DNA from: Mobula hypostoma
Taxonomy: Eukaryota
DNA length: 64,000 nucleotides
Direction of reading: 5' to 3'
Assembly: GCF_963921235.1 (NCBI RefSeq)
Contig: NC_086098.1
Coordinates: 1,426,001-1,490,000 of the forward strand
In this document: in pieces, positions 11,392 to 24,307 of the stretch
Layout of the letters: each line of letters opens with the position of its first letter
Position numbering within the stretch: the first letter of the stretch is position 1
The notes under the pieces: generated by a model
Seen by the model: the letters and a program-made list of their open reading frames with translations, nothing else
Told to the model about the DNA's origin: nothing
The model's database searches: none
Made by a program: the position numbers and the translations under genes

Positions 11392-11860
11392 GTAAAAGCA
11401 GCGGTCCCAATACCGACCCTGCGGAACTCCACTGGTAACCGGCAGCCAGCCAGAATAGGATCCCTTTATTCCCATTCTCTGTTTTCTGCTGATCAGCCAA
11501 TTCTCCACCTACGCTAGTAACTTCCCTGTTATTCCAGGGGCTCTTATTTTGCTAAGCAGCCTCATGTGGGGCACCTTGTCAAAGGCCTTCTGAAAATCCA
11601 AGGACACCACATCTACTGCATCTCCTTTGTCTACCCTGCTTGTAATTTCCTCAAAAGATTTCAGTAGGTTAGTCAGGCAGGTTTTTCCTTTCAGGAAACC
11701 ATGTTGGCTTTGGCCTATTTTGTCATGTGCCTCCAGGTATTCCGTAATCCCATCCCTAACAATTGATTCCAACAATTTCCCAACCACGGATGTCAGACTA
11801 ACAAGGCTATAGTTTCCTTTCTGCTGCCTCCTACCCTTCTTAAATAGCGGAGTAACATTT
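11392..11860 (-). mobile_element. CR1 RT fragment
   Basis: ORF 11509-11787 contains [27 protein letters not shown]. Confidence 0.85.
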
Positions 11861-11880
11861 ATCTCACTCTATTCTTAAAT

Positions 11881-12843
11881 AGGAGTGAGATATGCCAACT
11901 AGTGGAGTGGTACCGCAGCAACAATTGTGGACTTCAGGAAGGGTAAGACAAAGGAACATATATCATTAGAGGGATCAGAGGTGGAGAGAGTGAACAGCTT
12001 CAAGTTCCTGGGTGTCAAGATCTCTGAGGATCTAACCTGGTCCCAACATATCGATGCAGTTATAAAGAAAACAAGACAGCGGCTATACTCTATTAGTAGT
12101 TTGAAGTGATTTGGTATGTCAACAAATACACTCAAATACTTCTATAGGTGTACAATGGAGAGCATTCTGACAGGCTGCATCACTGTCTGGTATTGGGGGT
12201 GGGGGTGCGGTTACTGCACAGGACTGAGAGAAACTGTAGAGGGTTGTAAATTTGGTATGTCAATAAATACACTCAAAAAGTTCTATAGTTATACCTTGCA
12301 GAGCATTCTGACAGGCTGCATCACTGTCCGGTATGGAGGGGCTACTGCTCAGGACTGAAAGAAGCTACAGAAGGTTGTAAATCTAATAAGCTCCATCTTG
12401 GGTACTAGCCTACAAAGTACCCAGGACATCTTTCAGGAGCAGTGTCTCAGAAAGGCAGAGTCCATTATTAAGGACCTCCAGCACCCAAGGCATGTCCTTT
12501 TCTCACTGTTACCATCAGGTAGGAGATACAGAAGCCTGAAGGCACACACTCAGCAATTCAGGAACAGCTTCTTCCCCTCTGCCACCCGATTCCTGAATGG
12601 ACATTGACTCTTTAGACACTACCTGATGTTTTTTTAAATACAATATTTCTGTTTTTGCACATTTTTAAAAAGTATCTATTCAATATACATAATTGACTTG
12701 TTTATTTACTATTATTAATTTAATTTAATTTTATTTATTATTATTTTCTCTGATAGTTTATGTACTGCATTGAACTGTTGCTGCTAAGTTAACAAATTTC
12801 ACATCATGTGTCAGTGATAATGAACCCGATTCTGATTCTGATT
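11881..12843 (+). mobile_element. Rex1/Babar-type LINE 3' part with an internal duplication of about 140 bp
   Basis: SFKFLGVKISEDLTWS, FYRCTMESILTGCITVWY and LPSGRRYRSLKAHT motifs, ending in a (GATTCT)n tail. Confidence 0.85.
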
Positions 12844-15800
12844 CATCTGCATTTTTTCAGTCATCCGTACAATGGCAGAATCTATTGATTCTTGAAAGAT
12901 CGTGGTTAATACCTCCAAAATCTCTCCAGCTACTTCCTTCAGAACCCAAGGGTGCATTTCATCAGGTCCAGGAAATTTATCCACCCTCAGACCATTAAGC
13001 TTCCTGAGCACCTTCTCTGTCGTAATTTTCACTGCACAATCTTCACTTCCCTGATACTCTTGAATGCCTGGTATACTGCAGATGTCTTCCACTGTGAAGA
13101 CTGATGCAATGTATACATTCAGTTCCTCTGCCATCTCTGCATCTCCAGTGTCATTTTGTATTGGTCCTATATCTACCCTCGACTCTCTTTTACCCATCAT
13201 ATACTGAAGAAAGCTTTTAGTATCTTCTTTAATATTATTTACCAGATTCCTTTCATACTTCATCTTTTCCTTCCTAATGACATTCTTAGTTTCCTCCTGC
13301 AAGTTTTTAAAAGCTTCCCAATGTCTATCTTCCCACTAACTCTGACTTCTTTCTATGCCCTCTCTTTTGCTTTTACTTTAGCTCTGACTTCACTTGTCAG
13401 CCACTGTAGTGATTTTCTTCCATTTGAAAATTTCTTCTGATTTGTAATATATTTGTCTTGCACTTTTCTCATTTTTCGCAGAAACTCCAGCCATTGCTGC
13501 TCTGCTGTCCTTCCTGCTAGTCTCCCTTTCCGGTCAACTTTGGCCAGTTCCCCTCTCATGCCATTGTAATTTCCTTTATTCCACTGAAATACCGACACAT
13601 TGGAATTTAGTTTCTTCTTCTCAAATTTCAAAGTGAGCTCGATCATATTGTGATCACTGTTCCCAGAGGGTTCCTTAACCTTAAACTCTCTTATCATCTC
13701 CGGATCATTGCACAACACCCAATCCAGTGCAGCCGATCCCCTAGTGGGCTCAACAACAAGCTGTTCTAAAAAGCTATCCCTTAGACATTCTACAAATTCT
13801 CTCTCTCGAGGAGCAGCAAGGCTTGGTTTTCCAATCCTCTTTCACGTTAAAATCCCCGATTATCATGACAATATCCTCCTGACATGCCTTTTCTACCTTC
13901 TGCTGTAATTTGTAATCCACATCCCAGCTGCTGTTTAGAGGTCTGTATATAATACCATTAGGTTCCATTTACCCTTGCCATTTCTTAATTCAACGAATAG
14001 AGACTCTACACTTTCCGATCCTATGTCATTCCTTTCTAATGATTTATACTATTTCTTAGACACAGGGACACACCAGCCCCTCTACCTACTGACCTGTCAT
14101 TCGGATACACCGTATATCCTAGGACATTCAGCTCCCAATGGCAGCCATCCTTTAGCCAAGTTTCAGGGATGGCCACAACCTCATACCTGCCAATCTGTAG
14201 CTGAATTTCAAGATCGTCCATTTTATTTCTTATGCTGCGTGCATTCAAATATAACACTTTCAGTCCAGTATTTGTTACTTTTTGTTGTAAATCATTCCAC
14301 CAGCTGTGATTATGCCTCATCCCCTGTCTGTCCTTCCTATCATCTCCGTTACACACTATCCTTGATTTATTTCTGTTTTCCCCCTCATAAGCCCGATCAC
14401 TTTGGTTCCCATCCCCCTGCCAAATTAGTTTAAATCCTGCCTAACAGCTCTATTAAATCTGCCTGCAAGGATATAGGACCCCTCTGGGTTCAGGTGTAAC
14501 ATGTCCTATTTGTACCAATGGTACCTCCCCCAGAACAGGCCCCAATGATCCAGGAACCTGAAGCCCTGCCTCCTACTTCAGTCTCTCAGTCATGTATTAA
14601 TCATGCTATTCTTACAGGCAGCAATCCTGAGGTTACTACTTTGGTGTTCCTTGGGGTCAGCTTTCTACCGAACTCCCTGAATTCTCTCTTCAGGACCTCC
14701 ACCCTTTTCCTACCTATGTCATTGGTATTGTGATCACTGATTCATAAGGTTTCTTTTACCTTAAGCTCCCTAATTACTTCTGGTTCATTACATAACACCC
14801 AATCCAGTATAGCTGATCCCCTAGTAGGCTCAATGACAAATTGCTCTGAAAGGTCATCTCAGAGGCATTCAAACGACACACTCTCTTGAGATCCATTACC
14901 AACCTGATTTTCCCAATTGACCTGCATGCTAAAATCTCACATGACTATCATAACATTGCCCTTTTGACTCACCTTTTCTATTTCTCGTTGCAATCTATGG
15001 TCCACATCCCAGCTACTGTTGGGAGGCCTGTGTATAACTGACATCATGGTTCTTCTACCCTTGCAGTTTCTTAGCTCAACCCACACGGATTCAACATCTT
15101 TCAATCCTATGTCATATCTTTCTACCCATTTGATGCTATTCTTAGCAGCAGAGCCATGTCACCCCCTCTGTCTACCTTTCTATCCCTCTGATACAACATG
15201 TAACCTTGGACATTCAGCTCCCAACTACACCCATCCTTCAGCCACGATTCAGTGATGGTCACAACATCGTACCTGACAATCTGTAATAGTGCAACAAGAT
15301 TATCCACCATATTTATTATACTACACGCATTTAGATATAACACTTTGAGAACTGAATTTGCTACCTTTTTTGATTTTGCATCCCTAAAGCACTGATACTC
15401 ACCCTGCTAACTGCAATTTTGTCCTGTCATCTGCCTGCCCTTCCTAACAGTCCAACTGCACGCTAGCTTTGCTTTTTTTTTAATCATATGTCCTATCCTG
15501 AGTCCCTTCATTCCAGTTTCCATCCCGCTGCAAAATTAGTTTAAACCCTCCCCAAAAGCTCTAACAAACCTGCCTGCAAGAATAATGGACTTCTCAAGTT
15601 CAGGTGCAACCCGTCGCTTTTGTACAACGCATTCCTCTCCCAGAAGAGAACCTGAAACCTTGCCCCCCACACCAGCTTCTCAGCCACACATTTATCTGCC
15701 AAGTCATCCTGCTTATACCTTCACTAGCACATGGCACAGACAGCAATCCAGAAATGAGTGTCCAGGGGCTCCCACATCTCAGCCTTCTGCCTAGCTCTCT

Positions 15801-15900
15801 AGATTCTCTCTTCAGGGCCACATTGTTTCTCTTTCCTATGTCATTGGTACCAATATGTAACAAGACACCAGGCTGCTCTGGTTCCCTCTCCAAAATGCTG
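12844..15900 (-). mobile_element. Two stacked degenerate CR1 elements covering ORF1 esterase, endonuclease and early RT
   Basis: KFPGPDEMHPWVLKE, SDHNMIE and YLNARSIRNK (twice: 14036-14356 and 15122-15343). SGNH block HIGTNDIG..ISGLLSVP at 15600-15900. Confidence 0.8.
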
Positions 15901-17821
15901 TGAATTTTGTGTGTTTGTGTGAGTCTGTGACTGACTTTGTGTGTGTGACTATGTGTGTATGTGTTTGAATATCTGTGTGAATGTGAGTGTGAATACTTGT
16001 GAGTATATGTGTGGCCACACGTGAGTGTGTGTGTGTGTGTGTGTGTCTGTTCATGTATGAGACTGTGCCTGTATAAATGTACGGTATGGGAGTGTGAAAG
16101 TAGGTGTATGTGCATACATATACATGCATGTGTGAGTATCTGTACGTGAGTGTGTGTGGATATGTGAATTTGGCTGTGTGTGTGTGTGTGTGTGTGTGTG
16201 CATTGTGTTCACGTGAGTGTATGTGAGTATACGTCTGTGTGTGTTAGTGAGTGTGTGTGTGCATTAGAGTATGATGTGTGAGTGTGTGGTCATTCCTCTG
16301 TGAATCTATGCACATCTGTGTATTTTGTGAGTGTGTGTGGGTATTTGTATGTCAGTGTGTGAGTGTATGTTTGAGGGTGTGATAATGGCTGCATGTGAGT
16401 CCACTTATCTGTATTTGTGTGTGTGTGTGTGTAATGAGTGTGTGAGAGTGGGTGTGAGTATGTTTGTGTGTGAATATGTTTGACTGAGTTTGTGTGAATG
16501 AGAATGTGAATGTCTCTGTGTGTGTTTGAGTATATGTGTGTCTGTGTGTGTGAGTATGTGTGAGTGTGTGTGTGTCTGTGTGTGAGTATGTGTGAGTGTG
16601 TGTGTGTCTGTGTGTGAGTATGTGCATGTGTGGAGTATGTGTGTGTGATTATATATTATGAGTATGTGTATGTAAGTGTGGCTGTTTGTGTGAGTGTGTG
16701 TGTTTGTGGGAGCGTGTCTGTGAGTTGGTGTGAGTTTTGTGTGTATGAGTGTTTGTGAATATGTGTGTTTGAAGTGACTGTATGTACTTGAATTCATGTG
16801 AATGTATATGAGTATGTGCTTGTGTGTGAGTGTGCATTTGTTAAAATGTGGTGTGTATGATTATGGTATGTGTGTGTGTTTGTTTGTGATCAGGTGTTGG
16901 TATACATGTGTGTGAGTGAGTCTGCAAATGTGTGTGTGATTGTGTGTGTGTGTGTGTGTGTGATTATGTGTCTGTGAGTGTATGTGTTAATATGTGTGTG
17001 AGTGTGTGTGAATATGTGTGTGAGTGTATGTGTATATGTGTGTGTAAGTGTCTGTGGGAGTGTGAAGGTGTGTGTATGTGTTTGCATATGTGTGAGAGTT
17101 GAGTGTGTGTGAATGTGTGAGTGTGTGAGTATCTGTATTTGTGTCTTAGTGTCACTGTGAGTGTGTGCACGTGTAGATTTATGTGAGTGTGTACATTAAT
17201 GTGTTAGGTGTGTGAGACTCTGCATGTGTATTCATGTGTGTGAATGAGTGTTTTTGAGTATGTTTTGAGGAGGTGTGTGTGCGCTAGTGTGGCTGTGTGT
17301 GTGTGCATTGTGCGTATATGAGTATAATTGTGAGTGAGTGTGTGTGTGCGTATGTCAGTGTGGCAGAGTATGTATATGGGAGTGTGTATGCACATGTTGT
17401 GTGTGATAATGAATGTATATGGGTGTATGTGAGTGTATGTGTGTGAATATGCAATAGAGTGTCTGAGTATGTGTGTCTGTGAAAGTGTGTATGTGAGTGT
17501 ATGTGTGTGAATGTGTGAGAGTGTGTGTGAGTATGTGTGTCTGTGAAGGTGTGTGTGAGTGTATGTGTGTGTGTGTGTACGTCTATATTTATGTGAGGGT
17601 ACGTGTGCTATTGTGTGTGCGTTTGTGTGTAAGATTGTATGCGTTTGTATGTGTGCCTTTGTGTGTGGACATTTGTGCCTGTGTGCGTGTGAATGAGTAT
17701 GTGAATATGTGAGTATATGTAGTGTCTGTGAGAGTGTTTGTTTGTATGTGTGTGAGTATGTGTGTATGTGAGAGTGTATGATTATGTGTCTGTGTGTGTA
17801 TGCGTGTGAGAGTGTGAGAGT

Positions 17822-17872
<51 letters not shown>

Positions 17873-18606
17873 AGTGTGAACCTGAGGGCATATGGTTGTG
17901 TGTATGTGTAAGTGTGTGGGTGTGTGTGCATGTGTGTGTGAATATGTCTTTGTACGTGAGGGTCTGTGAATATGTGTGTGTGTTTAAATATGTGATAGAG
18001 TACAAGTATGTGTGTAAGTGTGTGAGCAGGTGTGTATGTTTGTGTGTGTGAGTGTGTGTACATCAACTTGTGTGCGTGTGAGTGATCGTGTGTGGAAGTG
18101 TAAGGGTGTGTGTATATCTGTATGTCTGTCTCAATGTGACTGAGTGTGTGCTCATATCCGTGGCTGTGTATTATTGTGTGTAGGTTTGCATGTGTGGGTA
18201 TGTATATGTGTTCATCTGTGTGAGTATGTGTGCATTTGTGTGTGTGTGTGTGTGTGTGTGGGGGGGGGGTGATGGCCTGTGTGTGCGTGTGAATACGCCT
18301 GTGTGAGTGTGTGAGTGGGTGTGATTGTTTATGTGTCTGTGTGGTTGCGAATGTACAGGCGTGTGTGTGTGGCACTGTTTGGATCAATGTGTGTGTGTTA
18401 TCGTGTGTGAGTTTGTGTATGTTCGTGTGTCCGTGTGTGCATTGTGTGAGATTGTGTGTGGGTGTGTACGTGTGAGAGTGTGTCTATTTGGGAGTGTTTG
18501 AGTATGCGTGTATGAGTGTGGTTGTGTCTGTGTGTTTGCATGACGCAGTGTGACTGTGTGTGAGTATATGTGTGTGTGTGTGTGTGTCTGTCTGTCTGTG
18601 TGTGTG
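15901..18606. repeat. Degenerate (TG)n / (TGAG,TATG)n low-complexity tract, about 2.7 kb
   Basis: Continuous TG-dominated sequence with several perfect runs, for example near 17824-17868. Confidence 0.95.
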
Positions 18607-18934
18607 AGGGAGAAAGATCGTACTTCACGGAGTGACAAGATGGCAGTGATTCGCGTGAAGCGCGGCCAACGGGAAACACTGAACACGGCTTCGGTCTGGG
18701 GACAGCACTTCCACTTACAACAAAGGGACGGCAAAGATTTAAACCTGGCGGTGAGCACTCACAGTTTCACCCGTAACCTGGACTCGTGGTGAAAACACCA
18801 GCACATTCAACTTCGTCGTGGCCGTGAACTGAACACAGTATCGATAAATGCATATTCACTTATGCTAAATCCTTCACTTTGCGATCGATAATCTTCATCT
18901 ACATATATAGTGTGTTCTGTGTATCTCGTGTTAT

Positions 18935-19810
18935 TGCTGCCTCTGGAAGGAGGTTTAGAAGCCTGAGGTCCCACACCACAAGGTTCAGGAACAGTTATTA
19001 CCCTGCAACCATCAGGCTCCTGAATCAGAGAGGATAACTTCGCTCACCCAAATAGAGAACTATTCGCACAAACTATGGACTCAATTTTAAGAACTCTACA
19101 ATTCGTGTTAGACCATTAGACCAGAAGACAAAGAAGCAGAAGTAGGCCATTCAGCCCATCGAGTCTGCTCCTCCATTCTATCATGGCTGATTCCGGATCC
19201 CACTCAACCCCATATGCCTTCTCGCCATATTCTTTGATGCCCTGACCGATCAGGAAAAGATCAATTTCCGCCTTAAATATACGCACGGACTTTGGCTCCA
19301 CCACAATCTGTGGCAGAGCATTCCACAGCCCCACTACTCTGCCTAAAAAAACTATGGTCTGAAAGCAACACACATCAAAGTTGCTGGTGAACGCAGCAGG
19401 CCAGGCAGCATCTATAGGAAGAGGCGCAGTCGACGTTTCAGGCCGAGACCCTCTGAATTTCGAGACTGCGCGCTCCAGTTCTGTATACCCCCACCGTCGG
19501 CAACGTCCTCTCCACATCCACCCTATCTAGTCCTTTCAACACCCGGTAGTTTCAATGAGATCCCCCTGCATTCTTCTAAATTGCAGTGAGTGCGGGTGTT
19601 CTCGATATTTATTGTTTATTATTAATATTTTCTTTTAGTATTTGCACGGTTTGTTGTCTTTTGCACATCTCTTGTTTGAACGTTTCTGTCGTGTGCGGTT
19701 TTTCATTGATTTTATTGTGTTTCCATTTACTGTGAATGCCCGCAGGAGAATGAATCTCACGGTTACACATGTCCTTTGCTAATAAATTTATTTTGAACTT
19801 CTGAACTTTG
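18935..19810. mobile_element. Cluster of short LINE 3' remnants (Rex1-like on +, CR1 on -, Rex1-like tail on +)
   Basis: LPSGRRFRSL-type sequence at about 18940-19025, CR1 3' UTR at 19111-19350 and a (TGAACT)n-type tail at about 19790-19810. Confidence 0.6.
19365..19452 (-). mobile_element. Penelope pseudo-LTR mini-copy, truncated within the hammerhead
   Basis: Identical over 88 bp to 63649-63736. TCTGAA is repeated at 19358-19363 and 19452-19457. Confidence 0.8.
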
Positions 19811-20574
19811 CGTATTCTGCGCACATTGGTGCTTGATTTAGATGTTTGAGGACCAAGTGCCTCTGGACATGATCGGCGCATATTCCTTAGGCTGGCAGCG
19901 CGTAATCAAGTGGCTAGGTGAGGGAGCGTACCATTAGATAAAGGAGCAGAATTAGGCCATTTGGCCCATCGAGTCTGCTCCACCATTTCTTCAGGGATGA
20001 TCCAATTTTCCTCTCAGTCCGAATCTTCTCCCTTCTCCCCGTATCCATACACTCTGTGTCAGCTAGAGCAGGCACGGGCTATTGCAGTCAGTCGGTCGGT
20101 GCAGTCCTCCGGCAAGATTGCTGAGGTCGCCCCCTACCCAAAAAAGCAGCTGTTCAAATACAAGAGCTACAAACTTTGACGTGACCCGAGTTTTAAAAAG
20201 GTCCCGAACCTTTGAACTACACAAAGATCTAAGAGGTAGTCGTACACATTAAGTTTTTAAATGGTATATTTAATATCCGTCTGTCCTCGTTTAAACACAT
20301 CCGAGGGCAATTGAAAGCGAACGGCAAATGGGGAAATAAGACTATCTCCTCGGGCAACCGTTTATCAAGTTTTGACCATTTGAACGTTAATACTTTGATG
20401 TTATTTGTGATAATTCGTCAACTAACATGATGCTGATTTCACTTTCAGTTTGCAAGCTTTAATGTCTTAAGTATGGGTATAGAACACAACAAGAAACAAG
20501 TCTGCGTATTAAATATGCTTTAATATTTTTAATCTTTTATATCGTTATGACGACAGGAATAAATCTAACCAGGA

Positions 20575-22850
20575 AATCAGAATCAGACTCAGGTTAATTA
20601 TCACCAGCGTGTGTCGTGAAATTTGTTAACTCAGCAACAGCAGCAAAAATGCAATACATAATATGGAAGAAGAAAAAGTAATAAAATAATAAGTAAATCA
20701 ATTACAGTGCATGTATATTGAATAGATTAACAATTGTGCAAAAACCAGAAATAATGTATATTAAAAGAGTGAAGTAGTGTCCAAGAGTTCAATGTCCATT
20801 GAAGAATCAGATGGCAGAGGGGAAGAAGCTGCTCCTGAATCACAGAGTGTGTGCCTTCAGGCTTCTGTACCTCCTACCTGATGGTAACGGTGAGAAAAGG
20901 ACATGCCCTGGGTGCTGGAGGTCCTTAATAATGGACACTGCTCCCTGGAGATGTCCTAGGTACTTTGTAGACTAGTATCCAAGACACAGCCAACTAAATT
21001 TACAACCCTCTGCAGCTTCTTTCGGTCCTGTGCAGTAACCCCTCTGTACCAGACAGTGATGCAGCCTGTCAGAATGCTCTCCATGGTACAAATATAGAAG
21101 TTGTTGAGTGTATTTGTAGACATACCAAATCTTTTCAAACTCCGACTGAAGTATAGTCGCTGTCTTGCCGTCTTTATAACTGACTCCCAGGAACTTGAAA
21201 CTGCTCACTCTTTCCACTTCTGGTCCCTCTGCGAGGATTGGTATGTGTTCCTTCGCCTTACCCTTCCTGAAATCCACAATCAGCTGTTTCATCTTACTGA
21301 CGTTGAGTGCCAGGTTGTTGCTGCGACACCACTCCACTAGTTGGCATAGCTCACTCCTGTACGCCCTCTCGTCACCACCTGAGATTCTACCAACAATGGG
21401 TGTATCATCAGCAAATTTATAGATGGTATTTGAGCTATGCCTAGCCACACCGTCATGTGTATATAGAGAGTAGAGCAGTGGGCTAAGCACACACCCCTGA
21501 GGTGCGCCAGTGTCGATCTTCAGCAAGGAGGAGATGTTATCACCAATCCGCACAGATTGTGGTCTCTGGTTAGGAAATTGAGCATCCAATTGCAGAGGGA
21601 GGTACAGAGGCCAAGGTTCTGTAATTTCTCAATCAGGATTGTGGGAATGATGGTATTAAATGCTGAGCTGTAGTTGATGAACAGCATCCTGACATAGGTG
21701 TTTGTGTTGTCCAGGTGGTCTAAAGCCCTGTGGAGAGCCATTGAGATTGCATCTGCCATTGACCTATTGTGGTGATAGGCAAATTGCAATGGGTCCAGGT
21801 CCTTGCTGAGGCAGGAGTTCAGCCTAGTCATGTCCAACCTCTCAAAACATTTCATCACTATAAATGTGAGTGCTACCGGGCAATAGTCATTACGACAGCT
21901 CACATCATTCTTCTTAGGCACTGGTATAATTGTTGCCTTTTTGAAACAAGTGGGAACTTTCACCAGTAGCAGTGAGAGGTTGAAAATGCCCTTGAATATT
22001 CTCGCCAGTTGGTTGGTACAGGTTACCAGAGCCTTACCAGGTACTCCATCGGGACCTTCTGCCTTGCGAGAGTTCACTCTCTTTAAAGACAGCCTAACAT
22101 TAGATTAGATTAGATTATGAGGACACACAGTCCTCTTTTATTGTCATTTAGTAATGCATGCATTAAGAAATGATACAAAGTTCCTCCAGAATGATATCAC
22201 AGAAACACAAGACAAACTGACTGAAAAACTGACAAAAACCACGTAATTATAACATATAGTTACAACAGTGCAAAGCAATACCGTAATTTGATGAAGAACA
22301 GACCATGGGCACGGTTAAAAAAAACTCTCAAAGTCTCTCGAAAGTCCCAACACCTCATGCAGACGGTAGAAAGAAGAAAAAAAAACTCTTCCTGCTATGA
22401 GCATCCAGCGCCGCAAACTTGCCGATGCAGCACCCTGGAAGTACCCGACCACAGCCGACTTTTGAGTCCGTCCGAAAACTTCGAGCCTCCGACCAGCCCT
22501 CCGACACCGAGCACCATCTCTGCCGAGCGCTTCGACCCCGGCCCCGGCAACAGGCAATAGGCAAAGCCAAGGATTGGAGCCTTCCCCTCCGGAGATTCTC
22601 AATCGCACAGTAGCAGCGGCAGCGAAGCGGGTATTTCAGAAGTTTCTCCAGGTGTTCCTCCGTGCTTCTCACGTCAGTCTCCATCAAATCAGGATTGTGC
22701 ACGGCCCCTAGTTAACACATACGATATCATTTCGGAGCGGCCGCGCGCGCTGCGTCATGCCGCCATCTCCTCCTCCCCCCTCTCCCCACCCCATCGGCCT
22801 CTGAGATTGAGATCACAGGGTTATCAGGTGCAACAGGGATCTTCACAGCT
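20575..22850 (-). mobile_element. Rex1/Babar-type LINE with RT domain, frameshifted and interrupted at about 22100-22793
   Basis: ORFs 21520-22077 ([29 protein letters not shown]) and 20972-21589 (TGAPQGCVLSPLLYSLYTHD..KFADD). Confidence 0.9.
22100..22793 (-). mobile_element. Non-coding, non-autonomous retroelement of about 690 bp (GC-rich head, (TCTAA)n tail)
   Basis: The minus-strand head reads GGAGATGGCGGCATGACGCAGCGCGCGCGGCCGC. A (TTAGA)n tail is at 22100-22116. The host Rex1 sequence resumes at about 22794. Confidence 0.6.
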
Positions 22851-23934
22851 TTATATAATAAATAAAGGAGAAATTACCATCTTCATACCGGCGGCTTGTT
22901 CCAAGTCGTTTACATTTTCTTGTTGAACAACCCAAAACCGAAACAACACATTATTTAGTAACATTGGTGTAGTTTAAAGAAAGTTTATTCTCGCTTCTGT
23001 TCTCTCCTGCCCTGTTTCTTTCAGAATGCGTACATCAATCCTCTCATCCACCCAAGGACACGCGTTTGGTATCTTCAAAGTTCGAAGTAAATAAATTATC
23101 AAAATACGGATATGCCGCCATATATTGGATTCCGGTTAATTGGGACACATAAGGTCTACGGTTTTTGGCCCAATTAAACGGTTGTTCGAATTAGCAGCGC
23201 TTTCATGAAAATAGTTCAAAAAATAAATTACTGAGTATCAAATGATGTATTTAAATGAAATACAGGCACATTGGAGAACTATCAATACGACTGCAGTAAT
23301 TGTAAAACTGTGCATTACACCCTCGAATATATTCGGTACTCTTTTGGTTGTGTGAATGAACAAAATCAGCGCGGGCACCCCGTGCCTTCATACAGAACTC
23401 TCGACGATTACGTCATCCAAATTTTCCAATTACCGGAATCCACCGGACAACCTTGAAATTGATTTTCTTGCAGGCATTCACAGTAGAGCAAAGAAACGCA
23501 ATGGAGTCAATGCAAACGCACACACAGACACCGACTGACAAACAACCAATGTGTTAAAGAGACAAACCGTGCAATACACTAATAATAATAAATAGATAAA
23601 TGAATAATATTGAGAAAGACTTGTAGAGTCTATGAAAGTGAGTCCACAGGTTGTGAAATCAGTTTAGAGTTGAGGTGGGTGAAGTAGTCCACGCTGGTAC
23701 AGAAGCCTGACAGACGCTGCTGAGGAAATTCCTTTTGCAACCTGGACACTTTTAGTTACGTCGCAGACCGGCAAGTGATTTCAAAGCGCAACCTGAAGTG
23801 TTGACGGAGACTCAGTTTGCTCTCCCTTGAAGAAAAGACCATCGCGTTTTAATGTCACTCCCAACGAATTCAGCCGAAGAACTTACTTCCCTGTTAGAGA
23901 GGTCGGGTCCACACAACCTGGCAATTAGGTCCAA

Positions 23935-24307
23935 AACTCATATACGGGCACCGGTTCGGAAGGGGTCGGGGCGTGAGGAAGATCTCCTGGTGGGCTTTGA
24001 CCTGGGCCTGGCCAAGATGGCCATTCACGCGTCTAGGCGGCGGCAATTGGAGGGCGCTGTCCGAGCCAACTGCTGGCCCCCTTTTCGAGGGTACGTTCGT
24101 GCCCGGCTGTCCTTGGAGAGGGAGCCTGCGGTCGCAATGGGCACACTGGGGACCTTCCAGGAGTGGTCTCCCCCCCCCCCCGGGATATTGACTGTTTTAT
24201 AGACGGTGGTAGCCGTATTTTAATTTGAGTATGCTTACTGTCTTGTAAATATTGAATGTCTGAACCTTGTGTTCAGGCAAATGAACTTTTACAGTTTGTA
24301 AAAAAAA
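23935..24307 (+). mobile_element. Tx1/L1-clade LINE ORF2 C-terminal fragment with A-rich end
   Basis: EDLLVGFDLGLAKMAIHASRRRQLEG..CWPPFRGYVRARLSLERE resembles Tx1 ORF2 C-termini. Confidence 0.7.

Noticed and set aside
15836..18760. Many His/Thr-rich and Cys/Val-rich ORFs
   Set aside because: Translation artefacts of (CA)n/(TG)n low-complexity DNA.
23120..23330. Possible Tigger/pogo-like MITE remnant (GGATTCCGGTTAATTGGGACACAT..GGCCCAATTAA)
   Set aside because: Only one degraded end is visible, with no matching second TIR or TSD.
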